From: Promethearchaeota archaeon
Lineage (GTDB): Archaea > Asgardarchaeota > Lokiarchaeia > Sigyniarchaeales > SOKP01
NCBI GenBank assembly: GCA_016840165.1
Contig: JAEOSU010000051.1
Span: forward strand, 160,001-224,000
Length of the DNA: 64,000 bases
Direction: 5' to 3'
Under the pieces are notes generated by a model that saw only the letters and a program-made list of their open reading frames with translations, did not search any database and was not told where the DNA came from. Below are positions 9,510 through 18,931 of this stretch, in pieces (position 1 is the stretch's first letter; every line of letters begins with the position of its first letter). Both the position numbers and the translations under genes were made by a program.

Positions 9510-9843
9510 ATAATCTCAAGCTGATATGAATTTAAATTGATATAAAATCCATTTAGTATTAAGTGATAATCATAATTTAAAATATTTGTCTTTATTCTTT
9601 AAAATTCTCTTAAGTATTAAGTATTTTTGACAATATTATAAATCTTATGCTCCGAATAAAAAATAGTATGAACGAATGAAAAGAGACAATGACATTGACT
9701 TTCCTTTATCGATTTTTTTTTAAAAAGAGAAGCTAAATTTAATTTTGTCACTATAATAATAAAAACTTTAAGAATTGCATAATTTTAAATTTCTGAAGTA
9801 ATACCATTAATTTGATTTAGTTAAAACTAAAAAGATCTTACTT

Positions 9844-10731
9844 ATGATTACTGGATTTTCTATCATACTAAACGAGGATATATTATACGTATCTAATTCC
9901 AAAAAGTATAATTTTTTTGAGATTGTCCTCTTTGTTCAGAAACTAATCACAAGTATTAATCCAAAGAATTCATGGCGTTTATCAAATATCTATTTTGAAG
10001 GAGAACCCGGAAAGGAACGAATGATAATTCATCATGAACTTACCTCTGATGAGAACCATTTATTTTTTTGCATTACTGGTGATTTTTTATCTGAATCTGA
10101 AGAAGTTAATAAAATGTTATTAGAATACGTGGAAAAAGTTAAAGCAAATTATGCTTCTGGAGAGGAAATACAAAAAGCAGCAAAAAAAACCGAGTTTAAA
10201 GCGGTCATTAAGCTAATTACTGGTTATTTATGGGATAAGTATAGGGATCCAATTGAAGATGAGAGTATAGTTCATAAATCAAATAATAATGAGAACAGAA
10301 TAATTTATTGTGGTATTTCTTCCCAAGGATTACCAATTATTTCACAACTTTACGACAAAAGTTTGCTGAATAATCTTTCTCGTGATATTAACGATGAGAA
10401 TATTGAACTATTCAGCTCTAATCTTTCAGCAAAATTAGCAACAATAGCAATGAACACCCAAATCAGGGCTAAAACTAACATTAAAGAAATCCATTTTAGT
10501 GATTTAGACGATAGAGGATCTAAAAAACTCATTTTCTATGGACAAATTAATGGTTATTCTTTGGATTTCTTTGCAACAGGAGATTTTAATAAAATTAAGG
10601 AAATATTTATTGAATTAGAACAAAAAATTTCTCAAGATCAAGTTCTTCATCATGAATTTTCGGGGGACTTGAAACCATTTCGCTCCTTAAAGACTTATTT
10701 AGATGAAATTATCCAACAATTTGATCAATAA
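9844..10731 (+). CDS. Hypothetical protein, possibly tandem longin-like domains
   Basis: Two segments with a beta-beta-alpha-beta-beta-beta-alpha pattern. The second has GISSQGLPII and ends FSGDLKPFRSLKTYLDEII. Confidence 0.4.
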   Translation: MITGFSIILNEDILYVSNSKKYNFFEIVLFVQKLITSINPKNSWRLSNIYFEGEPGKERMIIHHELTSDENHLFFCITGDFLSESEEVNKMLLEYVEKVKANYASGEEIQKAAKKTEFKAVIKLITGYLWDKYRDPIEDESIVHKSNNNENRIIYCGISSQGLPIISQLYDKSLLNNLSRDINDENIELFSSNLSAKLATIAMNTQIRAKTNIKEIHFSDLDDRGSKKLIFYGQINGYSLDFFATGDFNKIKEIFIELEQKISQDQVLHHEFSGDLKPFRSLKTYLDEIIQQFDQ

Positions 10732-10762
10732 TTTCTAATAGAATGGTTTTTATTAGTTAATT

Positions 10763-12064
10763 ATGAAAGCTGTGATCTTAGCAGCTGGAGAAGGTAAGCG
10801 GTTAAGACCTATTACCTCTAGCCGACCTAAGCCAATGATCCCGATTTCTGGTAAGCCTTTACTGGAACACACTATTCTGAGTTTAAAATCAGCGGGAATA
10901 AAAGAAATTTTACTTATTGTTGGATATAAAGAAGAAAATATTAAAAATTGTTTTGAAGATGGCACTAAGTATAATCTTAGCATAAATTATATTACTCAAG
11001 GTAAATATGAGGGTACAGCTCATGCAACGAGGCATGCTAAAGATTTTGTAAAAAATGATTCCTTCCTCCTTCTTTATGGTGATATTTTAGTAGAAGGTTC
11101 CGTTTTTACGGAAATTATTAGAGTATTCAAACAAAAAGATTGTGAAGGGGTGATTTCCTTAATTCGGGTAAATAATCCACATGAATATGGTATTATTTCT
11201 TTAAATGAAAAACAATATGTAGTAAAAGTAACCGAAAAGCCCTCCCCTGAAAAGGAATTGGGGAATTTAGCGAATGCAGGAATTTATATGTTCTCATCGC
11301 AGATATTTCAGGCAATAGATAAAACTCAAAAATCTATCCGTAATGAATATGAATTTACCGATTCAATGAGAATTTTAATTACAGAACTGAAAGGAAAAAT
11401 TGTTGGATATGAAATAAAAGATAAATTCTGGAGCGATATTGGGTTACCTTGGCAATTGCTTGATGCAAATCATTATAAATTAGACAATTTAAAAGCTGAA
11501 AATCATGGTATAGTAGAAGATAACGTAGTGTTGAATGGAGTAGTCTATATTGGGAAAAATACAATAATTAAATCAGGTACTTATATTCATGGTCCTGTTT
11601 TTATTGGTGAAAATTGCAGAATTGGTCCTAATGCGTATATACGACCATACTCATCAATTGGAAATTCCTGCCACGTAGGTATGTCCGAAATTAAAAACTC
11701 AATTATATTTTCCAATTCCGCTATACCTCACTTTAATTATATAGGGGATTCTATCATTTGTGAGCATGTTAATTTAGGTGCGGGAACAAAAACTTCAAAC
11801 TTGAGATTTGACAATAAATCGGTGAAAATGAAAATAAAAGACATTGAAATCGATTCAAAAAGAAGAAAATTAGGTTGTATTATTGGTCCATATTCTCAAA
11901 CTGGGATTAATGCCAGCATAATGTGTGGTAAAATTATCTATGAAAATTCTATTATTGGTGCTCAAACACTAATTAATAAAGATGTTCCACCTAATACGCT
12001 CGCGTATCAAGATCAAAATGGAAATGTGGTCTTTAAACCTAATAATTTTACAATTAATGAATAA
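10763..12064 (+). CDS. glmU: Bifunctional sugar-1-phosphate nucleotidylyltransferase/acetyltransferase (archaeal GlmU-like)
   Basis: KAVILAAGEGKRLRPIT..RPKPM, a left-handed beta-helix C-domain, HFNYIGDS, NLRFD and RRKLG. Confidence 0.88.
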   Translation: MKAVILAAGEGKRLRPITSSRPKPMIPISGKPLLEHTILSLKSAGIKEILLIVGYKEENIKNCFEDGTKYNLSINYITQGKYEGTAHATRHAKDFVKNDSFLLLYGDILVEGSVFTEIIRVFKQKDCEGVISLIRVNNPHEYGIISLNEKQYVVKVTEKPSPEKELGNLANAGIYMFSSQIFQAIDKTQKSIRNEYEFTDSMRILITELKGKIVGYEIKDKFWSDIGLPWQLLDANHYKLDNLKAENHGIVEDNVVLNGVVYIGKNTIIKSGTYIHGPVFIGENCRIGPNAYIRPYSSIGNSCHVGMSEIKNSIIFSNSAIPHFNYIGDSIICEHVNLGAGTKTSNLRFDNKSVKMKIKDIEIDSKRRKLGCIIGPYSQTGINASIMCGKIIYENSIIGAQTLINKDVPPNTLAYQDQNGNVVFKPNNFTINE

Positions 12065-12070
12065 ATCAAA

Positions 12071-13783
12071 TTACCTCTTTTTTAAACTACGTAATAATTT
12101 TGAAAATTGGGATGGTTTTAACTCGATATTTAACTCTGCTAATGCTTGTTCTTGATATGCAATAAATAATTTATTTGAAAAAGCCTCCCAATCTCTACAG
12201 ATATTTAATGTTTCGTGATCATTTTTCAATAGACTTTCGGTATCCATTATTCTTTTAAATTCCAACGTATATTCCATAATTTTTTCACCATCTGCTCCCT
12301 TGAGCAAGTCATTAATAAAATCCTCAGGGGAATACCAGCTAACAACTCTTTGAAAATCTCTATGAATTTGCGTAAGCAATACGCTTCTTGGACCCTCCCA
12401 AAGCTCCATAATCATTGAATCTCGATGCAGACGTGGTAGTGATAAAAAATCTTCCATAACTCCATGCCCGCCAAAAAAAGAAATTGCTAATCGAATCATT
12501 TTAGGTGCTTCATCAGCAACCACTATTTTTTGAAGCATGATTAATTCACGTAATCTAAACCGACGCTTTCTCTCCTCTAAATTATCAATTTTTACCATCT
12601 CTCTTATTCCACTTATCAGTTGTTCTCCAAAATCAATATACTCTGAATAGACTTTAAAAGCTCCTGCAGCAGTTCGCATCGCATAATAATTTAGATCATT
12701 TATTTGATTGATCATTAATGGAAACAACGATACAGGAACGCCAAAAGCTTCGCGGAATTGAGCATATAAACTTGCCTCTCGTGCAACTCTAAGCGCTCCA
12801 GCTGCCATACCAAAAGCAACATGCAGTCTTGACAGTGATAAAACAATTCCTACTACATCGGCCAATCCCTTTTCTAAAGGACCAACAGGATAAGCAACAG
12901 CTCCATTATAAGTGACTTCTGCTGTTGGTAATTCAGCAGTTCCTAATTTAGGTTTAAGTCTATCAATAGTATATGAATTACGAATTTCTCTCTTTTTATT
13001 TCCAGGAAGCCAAGACGGAACAACAAAAGCTGCTATCTTAGTAGACGATGGAACGTCTTTAGGTTTGGCGGTAACTAAAGCATAGTCGGTATGAACTGCT
13101 GAACAAAAGAACTTTTTGCCATAGAGACGCCAACAGTGTGAGTATCCATCAGGTCCTTCAGATTCATCAAATACAGCTTCAACAAGATTAGCTGGAACAT
13201 CACTCCCTCCTTGAATCTCACTGACAAACTGAGCTCCTCTGGCATAATCGCCTTTCATTCCATCCCTTAGGTTTTGTAATATAGATTTCGACGGATCAGA
13301 CAACTCTGATTCATACTTTTGTAATAACCAAATTAAACCATGAGTACACGCTATAGGGCACATACATCCTGCTTCACCATTCTCATATAGCAAGAACATC
13401 TTTACAAATCTACTCCATGGCGTATTTCTAGTTGGATCAAACAATCCTAAGCTAAATATCTCTCTTTCTAACGTTTCAGTTTCTAAACATCTCTCAATCC
13501 TGTCAATTCGGTGATTAAAAGCATCAAAATGTCTCAATTTAGTCACTTTCATGCGATTTTCAAGCTCGTTCGCTTGATTGGCAAGATCTCTCCACTTAAA
13601 TGATACGTAATTGGACAGAGCATTTAGATCTCTGTCTACTTTTTCGAATTCTTCTTTGGGAAGGTAATGTTTTACTAATATTTGTAGAAATTTATCATCA
13701 GAATAATAGTTAAAATTATCTCTAACAAGGAGATAATCATCAAAAGAATAAGAATTATCTCTATTTCCTTCTTGATTGGACAT
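12071..13783 (-). CDS. Acyl-CoA dehydrogenase (AidB-like)
   Basis: AQFVSEIQGGSDV, LYGKKFFCSA, RLKPKLGTAELPTAEV, REAFG, GGHGVME, WEGP. Confidence 0.88.
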   Translation of the reverse strand: MSNQEGNRDNSYSFDDYLLVRDNFNYYSDDKFLQILVKHYLPKEEFEKVDRDLNALSNYVSFKWRDLANQANELENRMKVTKLRHFDAFNHRIDRIERCLETETLEREIFSLGLFDPTRNTPWSRFVKMFLLYENGEAGCMCPIACTHGLIWLLQKYESELSDPSKSILQNLRDGMKGDYARGAQFVSEIQGGSDVPANLVEAVFDESEGPDGYSHCWRLYGKKFFCSAVHTDYALVTAKPKDVPSSTKIAAFVVPSWLPGNKKREIRNSYTIDRLKPKLGTAELPTAEVTYNGAVAYPVGPLEKGLADVVGIVLSLSRLHVAFGMAAGALRVAREASLYAQFREAFGVPVSLFPLMINQINDLNYYAMRTAAGAFKVYSEYIDFGEQLISGIREMVKIDNLEERKRRFRLRELIMLQKIVVADEAPKMIRLAISFFGGHGVMEDFLSLPRLHRDSMIMELWEGPRSVLLTQIHRDFQRVVSWYSPEDFINDLLKGADGEKIMEYTLEFKRIMDTESLLKNDHETLNICRDWEAFSNKLFIAYQEQALAELNIELKPSQFSKLLRSLKKR

Positions 13784-13903
13784 TCATATCACTATAAAGA
13801 TAATGATTATAATAAAAAATAAATCTTTAATAAAAAATTATTTGAATATTCTCAAAAATAATTTTAGATTTTCTAAAAAAAGAAATTATAATAAGCTTAA
13901 GCT

Positions 13904-14710
13904 CTAATCTTCCTCTTCTGACTCTTCCTCAGGCTCACTTTCAACTTCCTCCTCTTCTTCTACTTTTTTAGATTCGGGTCGAGTGCGAGCAAGTTTTTTA
14001 ACATTAATTCTTTCAGTTCTTTTAATTTCACTCTTTCTACTTCGCTTCACATCAATCTCAACGATATCAAAGTCAGTTTCCTTAGGAATAAATTCTGTAT
14101 CTTCTCCACCTTCAGGAATTTGTACTAATTTACTTTTAATAATATTCGAACTAGAAAGTGGATAAATGGTTTTTGCCACTCGAAGGATCTGATTTTGAAA
14201 TTCGCCAAAAATCATTCCTGTGATGAATTTTTCATGATTAAGAGATCTCGCAAACTCTCTGAGAATTTCGCGTATGATCTTTCGTATTAAAATTTGTTGT
14301 GAATTACGGGCTCTTCTAATTGTTGTACAAACCACCGTTAACCTAAACGTATATTGGTCTTTAGTCTTAAGATTAATAATAGATTGGACTTTAGAGCTTC
14401 CCCTACTGATTAAGGATCTGATGTAATCATTAGTGTATTGATGACCAATAAAGATGCTTTTACAAGTTTTTGCTTCTGGATTGACTTCAACGATTTTAAA
14501 TTTTAATTTAAGACTAATGTCTGAATAATCATCTGTGAAATCGTATAATAGATTTTCAATTGTCCTACCGTCTAAATTACCTTCTACTCCTAGCACATCC
14601 CCAATTGACTTGAAATTAAAACTTTTAGGGGCAATTACATTATACCAATCTTTATCTTTAAAGGAAACCTTTTTAATTTTCGCCTTTCTTTTTCGTGCTT
14701 TTTGACTCAT
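13904..14710 (-). CDS. rps3ae: 30S ribosomal protein S3Ae (eS1) with a charged C-terminal extension
   Basis: KDWYNVIAP, GRTIE, DYIRSLISRGSSKV, KTIYPL. Confidence 0.93.
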   Translation of the reverse strand: MSQKARKRKAKIKKVSFKDKDWYNVIAPKSFNFKSIGDVLGVEGNLDGRTIENLLYDFTDDYSDISLKLKFKIVEVNPEAKTCKSIFIGHQYTNDYIRSLISRGSSKVQSIINLKTKDQYTFRLTVVCTTIRRARNSQQILIRKIIREILREFARSLNHEKFITGMIFGEFQNQILRVAKTIYPLSSSNIIKSKLVQIPEGGEDTEFIPKETDFDIVEIDVKRSRKSEIKRTERINVKKLARTRPESKKVEEEEEVESEPEEESEEED

Positions 14711-14716
14711 AAAAAG

Positions 14717-15175
14717 TTACCTCGCGACAAGTGTCCTGATTTTATCTGGATCATATTTGAAATCAGGAGCAAGAACTTTACTTTTTTTATAATATTTAAT
14801 TAAGCGATAAATCTTAGATTCCGTTCGTTGTAATCCTTTCCTCGACTCAAGATCTTTATGATTCGATTCCAAGTGTTCTCTTAAAGTAAGTGCTTTTTTT
14901 ACTAAATTGGTTAAATCTTCAGGTAATGGTGATTCAATACCATTTTCTTCCAGAATTTGGCTTATTGACTTCCCTGTGACTATTTTAACTAAAGGTACTC
15001 CATAGGAATCTCGCAATATGATCCCAATTTTTGACTTTGAATGACCCTTTCTAGCTAATTTTACTACTTCACTTTCAACTTCATCCGCAGAAAGTTCAAC
15101 CCATACTGGTTTTTCTAACCGGGCAGGTCGAGTTGATCCCGATTTTCCTCGTTTTCTGCTATGCATTCGAGCCAT
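14717..15175 (-). CDS. rps15: 30S ribosomal protein S15 (uS15, archaeal/eukaryotic type)
   Basis: MARMHSRKRGKSGSTRP, IGIILRDSYGVP, LPEDL, ESKIYRLIKYYK. Confidence 0.97.
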   Translation of the reverse strand: MARMHSRKRGKSGSTRPARLEKPVWVELSADEVESEVVKLARKGHSKSKIGIILRDSYGVPLVKIVTGKSISQILEENGIESPLPEDLTNLVKKALTLREHLESNHKDLESRKGLQRTESKIYRLIKYYKKSKVLAPDFKYDPDKIRTLVAR

Positions 15176-15355
15176 AATAAATGTCCTTTTACCTTACAAA
15201 TTTCAATTTAGAAACAATAATAATACAATTAGTAAAGAACCATTTAAAATAAAATTTTGGAATTTAATTTCCTTCACTTTAGGATGACTCCATACACTAA
15301 CACTTTATCACACTTTATTCGAAATTTAAATAATAATTCCTATATTATTGCAATA

Positions 15356-15940
15356 ATGAGTGGAGATAGAGAAATAATATATTTTGTGACAGGAAATCAA
15401 TATAAATTTGATGAAATAGCCAAATTATTTGAGAAAACGGAAGTAAAATATCATTTGGAACAAAAAGATCTTCCAATGATTGAAATTCAAGCAGAAACTA
15501 TGAAAGAAGTGGCAATTTTTAAATTAGAAAGCATAAAAGTAGATATCCAAGGTTCATACTTTATCGAGGATGCTGGATTTTTTGTTGATGTGCCTCTTAA
15601 TGGCTTCCCAGGGATCTATTCGAAGTATGTACTTCATTCAATCGGAAATGAAGGTATATTACGCTTAATAAATGATTTTGATGCTGCTAGAGCTCATTTT
15701 GAGTCAGTTATTGCACTTTATCATAAACCTTTAGATAAAATACTTATATTCGAGGGTAAAGTTGAAGGTATTATATCTCCTATCAAAAAAGGAGAATATG
15801 GATTTGGATTTGACCCTATTTTTATCCCAAATGAGATGCCTTATAAAACATTTGCAGAATTAACAATAAATGAGAAAAACCAATTTTCTCATCGAGCAAA
15901 AGCCTGGAATCAATTAATAACCTATTTAAAAGAAACTTAA
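15356..15940 (+). CDS. rdgB: Non-canonical purine NTP pyrophosphatase (RdgB/HAM1)
   Basis: FVTGNQYK, EIQ, IEDAG, GFPGIYS, GFGFDPIF, KNQFSHRAKA. The likely start is ATG 15356 rather than the ORF-track TTG 15257. Confidence 0.93.
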   Translation: MSGDREIIYFVTGNQYKFDEIAKLFEKTEVKYHLEQKDLPMIEIQAETMKEVAIFKLESIKVDIQGSYFIEDAGFFVDVPLNGFPGIYSKYVLHSIGNEGILRLINDFDAARAHFESVIALYHKPLDKILIFEGKVEGIISPIKKGEYGFGFDPIFIPNEMPYKTFAELTINEKNQFSHRAKAWNQLITYLKET

Positions 15941-18918
15941 AAAGTTTGTCTGAAGATATCCATAATTGTTTGTTTACTTAATTTAATTAATATTAGATAC
16001 ATTCCAACAAAACCTATTGCTATTGAGATAATGAATACCCGTAATAACGCATCAATGGGGATAGAAAATACAATCGGTAGTTCTGTAAAAAGTCCGATAT
16101 TAGTTTCCATTAGATAGGCACTATATGTACCAATAATTGTCCCCATGGTTCCTGCAGATAATAATATTAATATGCTTTCAATTAAAAATAAATTTCTCAC
16201 ATTTCTAGTTTTCATTCCTAATGATCTTAGGATCCCAATCTCAAATTTTCTCTCAATCATTATAGCGTACATCGTACTTACTAACCCGAATATCGCAATA
16301 GCGATAGCAAACCACGTTATAATTTCTAACATTGTACTTTGTCTCTGAAACATCTCATTCATGAAATTTATTTTGGAAATAGCATCATCTAGTAAATAAT
16401 CTTTATCTGAGTATTGAGTAGAAATTTCTTCCTTCGTTTCTTTTATATTTTCTTCTGAATCATCAAGCAAATTAAGAAATAATTTATCAATTATCATATC
16501 TTCTTCGCCAGCATTTGAAACATTCATTAAGTTCATATAATTATCCAGAGAAACCATAATACCTCCTCCTTGAGCAGTTGCTTCAGAACTACGAAAATTA
16601 AAGAATCCCGGCATTCCACCTGATATTCCTACAACTTGAAGGAGAATAGGCGTACCCATATCATCTTCTATTTCTGGATCATAGAATGTTAGAAGAATTT
16701 TTTCTCCTATATCCTCTATCCCTAATCTAGAAGCTAGAGATTTAGCAATAATACATGTATCATTATGGTTGAATAATTCACTAAATGAATAATTGAAACC
16801 GCTAGAGTAGCTACTCCAAATAAATAATTCTTTATCCATGAGATTGTAATAGTTTTCCTCTATTCCAACAAACCCTATTTCTAGCTCATCATGTCTGGCA
16901 ATATCTGAAGCAATTACTTGATATTTCGTTTGTCTTTGTTCAGTGTAGAACTCAAATATATCTAAGAAGGCTTCATTGATCGACTCTTCATCAAATGACA
17001 TTCCGTCCTCTCCAAAACTATATGCAATTGATAAAATTGAGGTGATATCAAACATATTATATAGAGATATGGCAACATCATCAACACCCGAAAATGATCT
17101 TATTTCATTTGCCATCTCTAAGGTCACGGCATCCACATCAGCATCGAGACCTTGATTTATGATAACTAAATCGGAACCATACTGAAATCGTAAATTTAAA
17201 GCTGTATTCTTGGTTTCCATTTCAGTCACACTTGTTATGAAAAATATAAATGAAAAACTAAGAGCGAACATTACAATGGTACTGGTGTTTCGTCTTCGAT
17301 TACGCTTAAGAGAAATTTTTATAATATGAGAATACTTACGAATAAAAGGGGATATTACATACAGCAACCCGTTTTGGATTATTGGAACAATGCCTATTGA
17401 ACTAAAAACAAGTCCAATCAAAATAGCACCCAAAAGTCCTATAAATAAACCAGCAATGCTCATAAAATCTCCAGTAATTACAATATTCGGTAACAGTATA
17501 AAAACAACCATTCCAATCGTAGCTATTGATAAACCAATTAAAAAATTCCTCACATTCATACTTCCTTCCTTTTTTACTTCCCATCCTTCTTCCTTTGAGT
17601 GAAATGGTGTAATAGATTTAATAATATTTAATTTTCCAGTCTTCAAAGCCGGTAATAATGAAATTACCAAAGATACTACAGAACCAATAGAAAAAGCAAT
17701 AATAATGGTTTGAGGTTGGATAACATAATTAAGGTTTTGAAAAGGAGAACCAGTTAATATGAATAATGCATTTACGATGGGAGGGGTAAAAATTAAACCT
17801 ATAATGACACCTAATATAGAACCTGTCAATCCCATAAAAAACCCTTCAAAAATTACGATTTTTACTGGAAAGGTCTTTCTCCCTCCTAGTACACGAAGAA
17901 CACCATATTCTCTGATTCTCTCTTCGCTTGAAGTAGATAATATTGAATTGATTAAAATACCTGTAATTAAGATAGAGATGATCGTAATAAACCAAAAAAT
18001 GATGGTCATAGCAATTAACATAAACTGTTGAGCACTTAATTCTTCTAATTTTGGCATTGATACGGTATATTCATTCGGATCTAATTTAATTTGAATTCTC
18101 GTCCCTATTATTCTTAATTTTCTTAATGTGAGATCGACATCTCTCACATCATAAATTGACTCTGGATTTTCAACTGTACCCGCGATAAAATTGATTTCTT
18201 TCCTCCCTCGAGTTAATATAGACTGAGCTTGTTCAATGTTCACAATGATTATAGTATTTTCTAGGTCAGTAAATTTTAACTCTTGTCTACACACAGCTAT
18301 TACTTCTAAATCGACGGAGTCTCCTAAATAATCCACTGTTATATAATCACCGAGAGATACGTTTAACAACTGGGCTGTATTCCGTAATAATACACACTCA
18401 CCTATACTTGGTTGTTCAGAATAGATCTGTCCCGTCTCCTCTCCTTCTGAATTGACTAAATTCAAATCTCCAATATGACCATTAGTTGCTTCTTTGATAA
18501 AGTCTATACCATATAATTGTAGCGTATAATTTGACGTGACTTTATCCGAATAAGCTCTAACTAACATCATCATTCTGGGAAATAATTCTTCAACACCTTC
18601 AATATCATTAAGGGTAGTTTCGATGATACTTTCATTAAAAAATGGGTTATAATTTAAATCGGATTGAATACGTTTAGATATGAGTATATCTGAATTCCCG
18701 GTAGTGCTTGTAACAATCTCCATATAATTGTAGGACAAAGTATCATTTACCATTCCGATTGCTGTTAATAAAATGATTGAGGTCATAATTCCAGCTATTC
18801 CAAAAATTGCTTTAGCTTTATCTTTTTTTAAATTAAGCCAGGCATGCTTAATATATCGTAATTTGATATTGCTTCGAATTTTATAAACTAAATTTTCCAA
18901 CCGCATTGCTGAAATCAT
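15937..18918 (-). CDS. FtsX/MacB-type ABC permease 2 (two extracytoplasmic domains, ~10 TM)
   Basis: Two FtsX coupling motifs (EERIREYGVLRVLG and IERKFEIGILRSLG), each preceded by a large soluble domain. Confidence 0.88.
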   Translation of the reverse strand: MISAMRLENLVYKIRSNIKLRYIKHAWLNLKKDKAKAIFGIAGIMTSIILLTAIGMVNDTLSYNYMEIVTSTTGNSDILISKRIQSDLNYNPFFNESIIETTLNDIEGVEELFPRMMMLVRAYSDKVTSNYTLQLYGIDFIKEATNGHIGDLNLVNSEGEETGQIYSEQPSIGECVLLRNTAQLLNVSLGDYITVDYLGDSVDLEVIAVCRQELKFTDLENTIIIVNIEQAQSILTRGRKEINFIAGTVENPESIYDVRDVDLTLRKLRIIGTRIQIKLDPNEYTVSMPKLEELSAQQFMLIAMTIIFWFITIISILITGILINSILSTSSEERIREYGVLRVLGGRKTFPVKIVIFEGFFMGLTGSILGVIIGLIFTPPIVNALFILTGSPFQNLNYVIQPQTIIIAFSIGSVVSLVISLLPALKTGKLNIIKSITPFHSKEEGWEVKKEGSMNVRNFLIGLSIATIGMVVFILLPNIVITGDFMSIAGLFIGLLGAILIGLVFSSIGIVPIIQNGLLYVISPFIRKYSHIIKISLKRNRRRNTSTIVMFALSFSFIFFITSVTEMETKNTALNLRFQYGSDLVIINQGLDADVDAVTLEMANEIRSFSGVDDVAISLYNMFDITSILSIAYSFGEDGMSFDEESINEAFLDIFEFYTEQRQTKYQVIASDIARHDELEIGFVGIEENYYNLMDKELFIWSSYSSGFNYSFSELFNHNDTCIIAKSLASRLGIEDIGEKILLTFYDPEIEDDMGTPILLQVVGISGGMPGFFNFRSSEATAQGGGIMVSLDNYMNLMNVSNAGEEDMIIDKLFLNLLDDSEENIKETKEEISTQYSDKDYLLDDAISKINFMNEMFQRQSTMLEIITWFAIAIAIFGLVSTMYAIMIERKFEIGILRSLGMKTRNVRNLFLIESILILLSAGTMGTIIGTYSAYLMETNIGLFTELPIVFSIPIDALLRVFIISIAIGFVGMYLILIKLSKQTIMDIFRQTF

Positions 18919-18931
18919 AAATTTTACATTT

